A stretch of 62,953 bases of DNA, counting the filler, from Aduncisulcus paluster (Eukaryota): the NCBI GenBank assembly GCA_024181965.1. It is 7 parts of 7 records of this genome, joined end to end, with 100 filler letters (N's around TTAATTAATTAA, not from the genome) between each part and the next. Parts side by side here need not be neighbours in the genome. Positions count along the whole stretch, not along the records: positions 21,089 to 37,070 come from BQXS01012503.1; positions 37,171 to 46,389 come from BQXS01012505.1; 5 more parts are not named here. One strand, 5' to 3'. How positions within the stretch are numbered: position 1 is the first letter of the stretch; the number at the start of each line of letters is the position of its first letter. Shown in pieces: positions 32,393-42,383 of the stretch. Made by a program: the position numbers and the translations under genes. The notes under the pieces were generated by a model. It worked only from the letters and a program-made list of their open reading frames with translations. It ran no database searches and was not told the DNA's origin.

Positions 32393-34873
32393 TTATTCAC
32401 ATCCACACCAAGCCATGAGACTTCTATCCCAGCCACCACTAACAATACCACTTCCCACAGAACATACACAACTACAAGGTGCCGAGTGAGCTCCACCGGC
32501 TGAAATACCTGGATAATCACTGCTTTTACCAACATTACTTGCCGCTTTACACTTCAGGATTGTATTTCCCATGGAATCAATCAGCCTAACTCCACCGCTA
32601 CTGAGACCAATGCAGAGCACGTCAGTAATGGAGATTTTCCCTTGAGGAGAACTAATCGAAGACGAGATACCATGAAGAGACCCACCGACAGCATCAGATG
32701 CAACGACACCTTTCTGCTTGTGAATGTGGATTGCTGATGATGAATTCCCAAGTGCAGAGAGTCCCGCAATGGATTGAGGATGAGTTGGTGACAACGATCC
32801 ATGAATTCCCCTACCACGACCCTGGTGCGATAGGTGGTTTGAAGAAAGGATTGAAGGTGGGAGAGTACATATATCTTCAATTGAACTGCTCATCTTGCAA
32901 TCATTTCTTACAGGAGTTGTGCCACGGATGTCGATGAAGAATAGCTTATTCTTGGAACTCGCACAGACGCCACTCTCTCGGAACAAAACACATTTATCGA
33001 TACTATCGCTTCCTTTCATTACACTCACACAGACAGTTCCACTCCGACAGTCCCAGAGTTTCACAGTGCCATCAGCACCTCCGGAGAGGAATACAGGGGA
33101 AGGGTGAGGATGAGGGGTTGAAATACAGTTGACAGACTTGGTATGGGCATTCGAAATATGTCTTTTTGAGAGGATTCCCGAGGGGGNNNNNNNNNNNNNN
33201 NNNNNNGGAGTTGTGCCACGGATGTCGATGAAGAATAGCTTATTCTTGGAACTCGCACAGACGCCACTCTCTCGGAACAAAACACATTTATCGATACTAT
33301 CGCTTCCTTTCATTACACTCACACAGACAGTTCCACTCCGACAGTCCCAGAGTTTCACAGTGCCATCAGCACCTCCGGAGAGGAATACAGGGGAAGGGTG
33401 AGGATGAGGGGTTGAAATACAGTTGACAGACTTGGTATGGGCATTCGAAATATGTCTTTTTGAGAGGATTCCCGAGGGGGAGAGAGAGAATAGTTGAATG
33501 CTTCCGTTATCAAAACCACAACAGAGAATCTCCTCTCCACTTGGAGTAACATTCCAGATACTGCTATTACAGCTACTCCCACATCCTGCGTTGAACAAAA
33601 TCATAGAATGTGATCCATTAGAACCCATGTCATCGCCGAGGCCTCGATTTTCAAGGATATCTCCCGTTTCAGATGGTCGTGACACTCCTCTTCCTCCTCT
33701 GCTCAACTTTCTGATGTCATCGAGAGAGTCTGAGGAAATGTGAGATGGAGACATTGGAGGAATTCCACCTCCTACACCATGGGAAGCTTCTCCAATGCCT
33801 GAACAGAATCCAATATATCCATCTCCATAACCTATTCCAAGGGTATTGGATGACGAGAATGATAACGATGTTACGGCTGGGGAGATAGTTGGAACTACAT
33901 GAGTGCGGTTAAAAGTGAAGGTTCGTAAATCTTTCTGATATTCAGTTTGAGGATGTAAAAGAGGAGAAGGAGAGGAAGGAATGGATTCCACACTTCCCCT
34001 TTGCGACTGAGCGTGGCTACTCTTATCGTGAAAGGAGTGTCGAGATGAATCGTAAAAATATTTGAGGGATGGCTGTGCCGTGTTTGGACGATATAAAGAA
34101 TCAATATGCCTAAATTTATGAAATGCTTGTTCATCAAGGCCACCTTGAGCTGTTGGAGCAAGGGACCAGATTCTGACACACCCATTCACACTGCCACTGG
34201 CAATGATACTCATCGAGGAACCATGGTGAGGGGACGCAAGGAAGGGACTAGAAGAATTGCGTTGGGTGGCAATAGCAGATATTACATCACGATGGGCTGA
34301 AGTAACAGCAGTAACTAGATTCCAAGATTTAATGTGACTATGAGAAATTGATTTTTTGCGCTCTTTCTTCATTTCCTTCACAGTTTGAAGATCGAGGGGT
34401 ATAGTATCATATTCTTTTTCAAAAGAAGCAGAAGTTATGGGAGATGTGGCTTTTTCTTTCGATATATGAGTTTTTGAGAAATATGTAAGGGCATCATCAC
34501 TCTCAGATTCCATTTTTTTCTCGATAGACTTCGATTTACGAAAATGAAACAATTGTTTAGCTAAGAATGATGTTTCCTCCTTTGATAATGCTTGAGAATG
34601 AAAGATTTGTTTGAGTTCATCGATTTCCTTTTTATCTTCGGAGAGAACAGGTTTTTGAGAGGACGTAACTTTGAGTAGAAGAGGGAAAGAGGGCTCCAAA
34701 AACGAAAAGTGAGATGCATGAAAAGTGTGTTTGTGTGTTTTCTCAAGGTTATAAAGATCTTCCGCCCATCTTATAAACCAACTATCATCCATACCAGGGA
34801 AGTCCTGGGATTTAAAGACAATCAACATTTTGTGAAGTTCATGAATACGTTCGTCATGATTTCGATCCGACAT
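32393..34873 (-). CDS. WD40-repeat protein (length inflated by an assembly duplicate)
   Basis: AHRDVISAIA, IASGSVNGCVRIWS, AHTKSVNCI...FLSGGADGTVKLWD, AHSAPCSCV...IVSGGWDRSLMAW. Confidence 0.85.
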   Translation of the reverse strand: MSDRNHDERIHELHKMLIVFKSQDFPGMDDSWFIRWAEDLYNLEKTHKHTFHASHFSFLEPSFPLLLKVTSSQKPVLSEDKKEIDELKQIFHSQALSKEETSFLAKQLFHFRKSKSIEKKMESESDDALTYFSKTHISKEKATSPITSASFEKEYDTIPLDLQTVKEMKKERKKSISHSHIKSWNLVTAVTSAHRDVISAIATQRNSSSPFLASPHHGSSMSIIASGSVNGCVRIWSLAPTAQGGLDEQAFHKFRHIDSLYRPNTAQPSLKYFYDSSRHSFHDKSSHAQSQRGSVESIPSSPSPLLHPQTEYQKDLRTFTFNRTHVVPTISPAVTSLSFSSSNTLGIGYGDGYIGFCSGIGEASHGVGGGIPPMSPSHISSDSLDDIRKLSRGGRGVSRPSETGDILENRGLGDDMGSNGSHSMILFNAGCGSSCNSSIWNVTPSGEEILCCGFDNGSIQLFSLSPSGILSKRHISNAHTKSVNCISTPHPHPSPVFLSGGADGTVKLWDCRSGTVCVSVMKGSDSIDKCVLFRESGVCASSKNKLFFIDIRGTTXXXXXXXXPSGILSKRHISNAHTKSVNCISTPHPHPSPVFLSGGADGTVKLWDCRSGTVCVSVMKGSDSIDKCVLFRESGVCASSKNKLFFIDIRGTTPVRNDCKMSSSIEDICTLPPSILSSNHLSHQGRGRGIHGSLSPTHPQSIAGLSALGNSSSAIHIHKQKGVVASDAVGGSLHGISSSISSPQGKISITDVLCIGLSSGGVRLIDSMGNTILKCKAASNVGKSSDYPGISAGGAHSAPCSCVCSVGSGIVSGGWDRSLMAWCGCE
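33187..33480. other. N20 gap followed by an artefactual duplicate of 32913-33186
   Basis: 274 nt repeated across the gap. Confidence 0.9.
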
Positions 34874-35303
34874 TATTGGTGAAAGGAATTCAAAATTGTT
34901 AGTTTAGACAAAATGATGATTTTCTCTCACACTGTCAGAAATAATGTTTTGTACTCTCTCTGTTGATATAATAGAAATTTAATAACCAATTTACACGATA
35001 AAAAAATATTTTGTTTGTTATGGTGTCTTCAAACAGAGTGGAGAGCGCTGTCAAAGATATTGAGATATCCAGTGACTAAAATAAGATATTTTCATTTTGA
35101 ATAGCTCTGATTTCTGGTCAAAAATAAGGAATATCTCCATCTATTCTTAAGGAATCAAAAAATTACAAGTTTTCAATATCTCGCTGTTTATTAGGAGTTA
35201 ACCATAATTTAAAGTTGTTTTCTTCATTTCATTTAATTAATAATGAAAAATCCATGCAATAATTAAAGAAATATGTGTTTTGCTTCCAATATATTTTGGC
35301 TAG

Positions 35304-37070
35304 ATGTTTGGAGTCACATTCAAAAGAAATATGGAAAATTTTGCTACAAAAAGGCAGTTTGTTGACCCTTATGTATGTATTTGTTATTATTTATCGAATA
35401 TAATGATTTTTTCATTCGTTCGAATTCTTTTTTGGAATTTGTTCGTTTATCCACCAATAGTTTGGTGCACGAACAAATTCTCCCCATAATTAACTATTTA
35501 ACTTATTTTTTTTATCTCAATTAGAAAACAGATTTTAGAAAATCACATGCTTTCGACAAAACTGCTGGACAGGTTATGTTCAATCCCGACAAAAAGGGAA
35601 TTGGAAGTGAAGAACTTGCCAGCACCAAAATATTGGATAAGACAGCCACCAAAAGAGCTCAAACAAAGTTCGATCCCGTTTTAACATACACATTGACTAA
35701 AGAAAGTGCTCAATACTCTGGTGAGTACGTCCCAAGCTATGTTGCCCTTGATCGTATGGTTTTAGAGTTTTATGGATCTTTTCAGGAAGCCGTTCATGAG
35801 TCTCGTGATGAGATTATTCGTAGAAGACATGCCAAGATCAGATATTACCTTGAAGACGGGTCTATTGACATTTCTGAGCCTGTTATGAACAATTCTGGAA
35901 TTCCTCAGGGTATGTTCCTCCGTAGACATCGTGTCCCTACCCACGATGACCCTACTACCTTCGTGGGTCTCGAAGACTTGGTTGTTGGGGGCGATGTTGT
36001 CCTTTACAAGCGTAAGTTCCACATTCACGGTATTAATGCGAGTACTCGTGATTATTTGAAGACCATGGGTTTTGAGCCTGGACCCAACGAGAGTTGTCCC
36101 ACTGATCCATACACTATGAAGCGTATTGACGATGAGCAACGTCTCATGGTTCACGAACGTGTCACACCCAAGGTTGAAGAGGATATGCTTGCCCGGTTCT
36201 TGACCAAGGACAGGCAGGTTCTTCGTTTCTTTGGTATCTGGGATGACCGTAAGAGTATGTTTGGAGATGTCAGAGTTATGCGTATTTACTTCTATTTGGT
36301 GGATGATACCGTTGAAGTTTTGGAGTCTATCCCCACAAACTCTGGAAGAGACAAGTTCCCTGTGTTTTTACGCCGTTCTAAGCTCCCTCACCTCCGTAAA
36401 ACTCTTGAGGACGTCACCAACCCCAAGGACTGTTACAAAGAAGATGAATTCTATGTTGGAGCTGTTATTTCTGTTCTTGGTCGTCCCATTAGGATTGTAG
36501 AGTGTGATGACTACACTCAAGCTCACCTCCGCAGCAAGGGATTCCCCGAAGACAAGATCCAAGCTATCGGCAAGGCTGAACCCATCAAGCACAGAGTCAC
36601 TGCACCTGCTCCAACCGTCCCTGAGTACACTCTCAAGATTGGAACTGCTGAGGACACTAAAGGATCCTGTTTGGCTGTTCGTAACAAGCCTCCAAAGAGG
36701 GATTTCCAAAGAGAAATGGCTCTTGGTGAGTCTGTCATTCGTTACGCTGCCAAACTTGTTGGTTCTCTCGATGGAACTGTCCCTTGCAGAGCCACTGACG
36801 AGCCTCGTGAGTTTGTTGTCGGATTTTACCCTGCCAACTGCACGGTTGCTGTTTTCGAGAAAAGAATCGAGGCATCCGTTCCTGGAGGAAAGTTCCTTGA
36901 GCGTACCCGTCTTATTAATCCATTGACCGGCTCATACTTTGATTATGATGATTTTGAAGTTGATGGTGTTGTGGAAATCAACAAGCATTTCTTCAAACTC
37001 ACTGCCATTGATGAGCACAGTCTGAAGACCAAGGAGAGCACTCTGAAGACCTTGAGAGAAATGGGCAGAA
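35304..37070 (+). CDS. EFHC1: EFHC1/EFHC2/Rib72 axonemal microtubule inner protein, three DM10 domains (2 exons; 3' truncated)
   Basis: DM10 motifs VLEFYGSFQEAV...YYLEDGSI..EP...NSGIPQGMFLRRHRVP; DRQVLRFFGIW...FYLVDDTVEVLE..PTNSGRD; GGKFLER. Splicing 35373-35524 gives FVDPYKTDFRKSH, like the family N-terminus. Start is 35304 or 35331. Confidence 0.9.
35373..35524 (+). other. Spliceosomal intron, 152 nt, phase 0
   Basis: GTATGT...TTAAC...pyrimidine tract...TAG; AT-rich; removal joins an ATG-bearing exon in frame. Confidence 0.8.
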
Positions 37071-37170
37071 NNNNNNNNNNNNNNNNNNNNNNNNNNNNNN
37101 NNNNNNNNNNNNNNTTAATTAATTAANNNNNNNNNNNNNNNNNNNNNNNNNNNNNNNNNNNNNNNNNNNN
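37071..37170. other. Artificial contig spacer
   Basis: N44-TTAATTAATTAA-N44. Confidence 0.97.
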
Positions 37171-37301
37171 TGTTCGGAAGGTCAAGCTTTTTGTGTTTTG
37201 AAAACTAGAGTTTTTGTATCTCTATTTAGCGCGAACATGGAACAAAGAATAAATTTGCTTACAGCCATATTATTAATTTACTTCGGATCAACAATAATAA
37301 T

Positions 37302-40300
37302 TTATAGATAATCAAAGTCAAATTTCAGCTGATATTGTCGAATTCGACGGAGGAAAGCCTCAGCATCTTTCAAAACTTTATCCGTCCCTGCCAATGGAGA
37401 ATCTTGTTCTTCTTGGAAAGATTCAGTCTCTTGTTGCAGAACTTTGTCTCTTTTCTTTACCAATGGAGAAGTACGAGAACGTCCCTGAATTTCCCTTCGT
37501 TTCTTATAAACAGGCTTAGGATCATCCATCGACACAGAATCATCATCACCAACTTCCTCTTCTTCCTCTCCTGTACAGGTCGCATATTTGGGACGCAGGC
37601 TTGGGGTATGAATCGAATAAATGTTTGTAACGTTATCTTCTTCCATGATCTTCACATGAGGAGACCCACCATGTCCATGCACAGTAACAGGGGTATGTTT
37701 GTGCTCAGGAGTGTGGAGATGGGACTCATCTTGAGGACCAAGGGAGTGAGAATCAATATGTGAACGGTAAGTGTCCATCGTGGGTGTGGATGAGAGATCT
37801 TCATGGTGAGAGGAGACAAGTTTGCCTCGAGGAGAACGACCATTGCATATCCTTTGAGCAAGGTCATCATAGCTACACTCATCAGAATCCATCTCAAATG
37901 AATGCATCCTTTCTTCCTCTCCTTCTTCTCCTCTCCCTTCTCTGCCTTCTCTGCCTTCTCTCCCTCTTGCTTCTCCCTCTTTGTCTTCCTCATCCTCCTC
38001 TTTGTCTTCCTCACTTTCAAACGATGGGTCACGGATAAGTTTAGTGAAACACACCATAGATATGGCTGTGGCAGCTCCAGCACAACTCTCAACACACATT
38101 CCTTCGGTCTGGAACTTACCAAATGCCTTCAAGTCCTCGGGGGCATACAAGGCACGAACAATGTCATTGCGGATATTCTCAGTCGATGGATCTTTCTTCT
38201 TCAATACCTCAAACATGAATATAGACTCTGGATTGACAAAGACTCCATCGGCTAGCAAAGCTAAATAATTAACACACGCGGAGGACAACTCAATGGCCTC
38301 GTGGGAAGTTATGCTTGTTTCCATCCTGGCTCGTTTCTCTCTTGCATCAGTTCTCATCTTCTCGGGATCTTCATCAATAATGGCATTGAGGGTACATAAA
38401 TTGATGAAGTTCACTGCAGATTCCACGATAATGGTGCTGAACGAATGTCCAGGTGGTAGGAAACGTGACAAATGACATGCAAATGTGACCACGTCAAGGA
38501 GAGCATAGTAATCGCCCATGTACATTGGTGGGAACTCTCCACTCCCCATGACTCCAAAGAAGAAAATGCTTATAAGTTTCAGTAGAGAGTCAACAGGAAT
38601 GAAAGATATGAACGAAGACGCCAGGAATTTGCTAATAGTTGTACTGAACTCCACTAGATTGACATATTGCATACATATGGCATTTGGATCATGTTCGTCC
38701 ACGTATTCCTTCATTTCACCATCACGATCGTCCATGGCATACGAGAATGAAGCCACCAGATGAGGAAATATGATGAATACAACAGATTTGGAAAGGACAA
38801 TGTGCTCAGTCCTAGGTTTCTTGTGAGTTCCAATGAGATTGATGCATTTGAGGACTGCACGGGCAAGCAGTTGTCCAGCGAATACAAGGAACAATGGAGG
38901 TCTACCAATACACGCGGTATTCGAGGCGAAGCACATGGATGCGAGTCTAAAGAGAATATCACACAGCTGGTATGGAATGTTTGTCTCAGGTCTAAACATG
39001 GTTGAATACTGAGATGCATCTTTATGTAAGTATTGGACCTCAAGAAGACAATAGAATCTCATGCACAGATCAGCCAAGAGACATGCGAAATCAGTGACCT
39101 TCCTTATATCGGTGCACACACACTCAGAGAGGGACATTGAGTTGTAACATAACATCGGATTCCCATTCGAGTCGGTTTCTCCCGTGGGGACAATGATATC
39201 GGGATCATACGAGTAAGGATTCCCTGCAACGGTCGATCGAGACAAACGAGCAATGATCTCCTTACTTCGTACAATATCTGGAAGCGATGATATCTGCGTA
39301 TCTTGGGGGTGGATGAGGGAACACAGCAGTCTGGGGATCAAAAATAAACATTTCATACCTTTGTGCTCTTCATTACGGCTTTGAATCATGCCTTCATACA
39401 ACATCTCGGCTACGGCCTCATTAATGCCGGCAAGTTCACCGAAAGAACCGGCCACAGACATGAATATCTCGGGCAACAGCCTTTCAAACACTGTGGGGGA
39501 GACAAGGACTTCCGGTAGAATGGAAGATAAGGAACCGACAAGGGAGAGGAACAGAGATTGTGGAACACCTTCACGTGGATTGAAGCTCCAGTAAGATTCA
39601 GAATCCATGAGCTTACTCACACGATGGTTGAACTCGTCCAATGAATGCTCAGGGAAAAGAGTGTGTTCTGTCTGCAAACCGGAAGAATCAGTCCATTTCA
39701 TGAGGGTTTGGCGAGCAAATGTCAATCTACGCATCTTGTCGGCTGCAGACAGTTTGTGGGCATGTTTGTGTTTCAATATAGAACTTGATTTTGGTATCTC
39801 GTCGCCTTTATCTTTTGTGAACAAATCCTCTTCTTTTTCTTCATTCTCGTAGAATTTAAAGAAATTGGACCGCTTCCGTGTTTGAGGTTTTGCCTCAGAT
39901 TTGGTACTGGGCGGAATTTCTTCCTCGACATCGACACTGGATCTATTATTAGACCTTATTGCAACCGTTGATGATCTATGATGTTGTTTTTCAAGAGGTT
40001 CGCTCGACCTGGATTTTTCTTCTTCCACTTTCAACGTTTTGCCCATTGTTTTCGATTCTTTATCAGGTGCACGTGCATCCAAATGAGCTTTCAGATCATT
40101 ATCAATCTTTTCCTGGGATTCCACAGCATGTTTTTTGAGGTTCTTCATGAATTTGGCACCTCTGTTTACAGAAAAGTCTGAGTCGCCCGCGACTTGTGGT
40201 TCCCAAGCTTTGAACCCTTTCTCACCAGTCACACGAATTATTTCGCTCATACATTCACGGGACAGTTTACGAATGTCCGGATCTCGATCCACAAGACTTA

Positions 40301-40742
40301 TTTTGAAAATGGCAAAAAGAGAAAATAGCTCTTTCCTGATTTCTGCCGACATAGTAGGTTGAATATTATCGAGGGTTTCTAGACGTTTCTTTATAAAGTT
40401 TAGACAACTCTTCTTGGCAGCAGGACTAACTATGTTGGGGAAGTGGCCAGAGAATAGTCTTGAAAACGACATTTTCTTCTCCTTGCGACTTTTTGCACCA
40501 GGTATATATATAAAGAAACCCAAGCCCTTTGCAGAATTCGGCATCAGGTTGAGAATCGTTTCATCTATTTTTTTCTTCAATTTCATATTGGATTCTGTAT
40601 ATTTTAAAAATAAAATCGGTAAAATCTTTGAAACAAAGCCTACATCTTTTCTAGAACTTTGTTGTATTGTATCAAGGATCTTTATAATATCTATTATCTT
40701 TTTTTTCGATTTTAACTGGACAAGCAACTGATCGTCTTCCAT
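37302..40742 (-). CDS. Hypothetical 1146-aa protein with N-terminal HEAT/TOG-like helices
   Basis: Intact long ORF; SLVDRDPDIRKLSRECMSEI HEAT-type motif. Confidence 0.7.
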   Translation of the reverse strand: MEDDQLLVQLKSKKKIIDIIKILDTIQQSSRKDVGFVSKILPILFLKYTESNMKLKKKIDETILNLMPNSAKGLGFFIYIPGAKSRKEKKMSFSRLFSGHFPNIVSPAAKKSCLNFIKKRLETLDNIQPTMSAEIRKELFSLFAIFKISLVDRDPDIRKLSRECMSEIIRVTGEKGFKAWEPQVAGDSDFSVNRGAKFMKNLKKHAVESQEKIDNDLKAHLDARAPDKESKTMGKTLKVEEEKSRSSEPLEKQHHRSSTVAIRSNNRSSVDVEEEIPPSTKSEAKPQTRKRSNFFKFYENEEKEEDLFTKDKGDEIPKSSSILKHKHAHKLSAADKMRRLTFARQTLMKWTDSSGLQTEHTLFPEHSLDEFNHRVSKLMDSESYWSFNPREGVPQSLFLSLVGSLSSILPEVLVSPTVFERLLPEIFMSVAGSFGELAGINEAVAEMLYEGMIQSRNEEHKGMKCLFLIPRLLCSLIHPQDTQISSLPDIVRSKEIIARLSRSTVAGNPYSYDPDIIVPTGETDSNGNPMLCYNSMSLSECVCTDIRKVTDFACLLADLCMRFYCLLEVQYLHKDASQYSTMFRPETNIPYQLCDILFRLASMCFASNTACIGRPPLFLVFAGQLLARAVLKCINLIGTHKKPRTEHIVLSKSVVFIIFPHLVASFSYAMDDRDGEMKEYVDEHDPNAICMQYVNLVEFSTTISKFLASSFISFIPVDSLLKLISIFFFGVMGSGEFPPMYMGDYYALLDVVTFACHLSRFLPPGHSFSTIIVESAVNFINLCTLNAIIDEDPEKMRTDAREKRARMETSITSHEAIELSSACVNYLALLADGVFVNPESIFMFEVLKKKDPSTENIRNDIVRALYAPEDLKAFGKFQTEGMCVESCAGAATAISMVCFTKLIRDPSFESEEDKEEDEEDKEGEARGREGREGREGRGEEGEEERMHSFEMDSDECSYDDLAQRICNGRSPRGKLVSSHHEDLSSTPTMDTYRSHIDSHSLGPQDESHLHTPEHKHTPVTVHGHGGSPHVKIMEEDNVTNIYSIHTPSLRPKYATCTGEEEEEVGDDDSVSMDDPKPVYKKRREIQGRSRTSPLVKKRDKVLQQETESFQEEQDSPLAGTDKVLKDAEAFLRRIRQYQLKFDFDYL

Positions 40743-41795
40743 GGATGCAGCAAAAAAACGACTTTTTAATATTGCGGCAAATGAGATACATCAATTGGGA
40801 TGAATTATGTGGAAATACTTGAAGTGTACCACCATAGAGAATAAAAAAAAGTTACATTATGACAATATAATGCACATGCTGACCGTGACGGATTTGTTAT
40901 TCCGTTGTCCCATTTTTTGAGACATTTGGGAATAGTTCCCAGAAAACATGAGCATTGATTATTGGTATAATGACTCTTATCGTAAATTGATCACTAAGTC
41001 ACTCACTTTCAAGAATATTCCCTCGTTTCGTGCCCCTTTTTCTTTCATGCTCTAATAATGAGATTTTTGAAATAAATATATCTTCAAACCAATTTTATTC
41101 TTTTTTAATCACCAAAAAATTTTTAAATTCACCAATGATCCCTTATTCACGATCTTGTCAACTTTTTTTTTGTTTTGACAGACATACAATTCTATTTAAA
41201 GTGATTCCCACCAAATGCATTGTTGCTGATTGCTTTTTACTGAAATATTCAATTCTAAACATCGAAATATGATGTTTTATGCTCTTTCTTGGGATGAGTT
41301 TTTTATCGACGAGAATAAGAGGATAAAACACGATAAAAGATCGAATTCCGTGTCAAAAACATCATGTGGAGCAAATGGAATGATTTTTTTAATTTGCTTC
41401 CCCTCTTTGTACTGTGCCTTCATAACATCTTCATTGTACAACCTCTTAAGAATATTTTTCCAAATAATTCCCAATATTCCTGGAATATCGCGATAAAAAC
41501 GGAGCTTAAAGCCATTGCAACTCGGTATCCATGCCATTATTCCCCATCCAATGCTTGTTGTTGTTTGTCAATGATATCTGTTTGATTCTTGAACCTTTTG
41601 ACACATTATTGTTCTTTTTATTGTCATAAAACTGAACTCAAACGTTTGATATTTAACATACTACTCCCTAAAATACCGCTACAAACTAAAACCGATCAAC
41701 TTTCTGGTTCTGTTCGTTGCTCCTGGTTTCCATCCATTGTCTCTGAAAGTAATTGACAAATTGACATAACTGCCACTCGCTTTACTCATTTGAAT

Positions 41796-41830
41796 CTCGA
41801 ATAACACATCAATAACATCAATAACATCAA
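41796..41830. repeat. (ACATCAATA) about 4 copies
   Basis: Seen directly. Confidence 0.85.
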
Positions 41831-42383
41831 TAACATCAATGCTATTCCCCAATCTGTGTCACATCATCTTATTCTTGGATGATGATTCTTGATTCATGAT
41901 CTTTCCTTTATTTTGCCGAATCTAAGCTTTTCCCTTCTCCTTGAATCATAAGAAGAGAACTGGTTCTTTTTATTCTTGATTTCACCAATCTCCTATCTAT
42001 GAGTAAAATTCCCCCCTTTTACCCCCATCCGTGGGGGTCCCCCCTGTACGGTGGTTGCACTGTACATTTCTTATATATATTTTTTTCCAAAACAAAAAAA
42101 CAAACAAAAAAAAATACAAACTTTCCACCGGCGGTGGCTGAGAGAAGTGGGGGAACCTCTATCGAAATGTTATCCTTTTTGGCTTATTTATTGCCTTCTT
42201 ACATTTAAAATGGTCTAATAAATTTCTTTATCAGGCTATTTTATTTGGACTCTATCTTCTTCGATGCTGCATCGAATGTTGAAATCAAAAGAGATAATCT
42301 TGTTTATTCTAGTGTGGTTTGGAATCAAAAGTAATATTTAATATTATTCTTCAATTTTATTAATTTTAGGAGCTTATATATAT

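Noticed and set aside
42045..42066. U2/U1 snRNA because of the TTGCAC loop-like sequence
   Set aside because: No branch-point recognition sequence (GTGTAGTA), U1 5' end or clear Sm site upstream.
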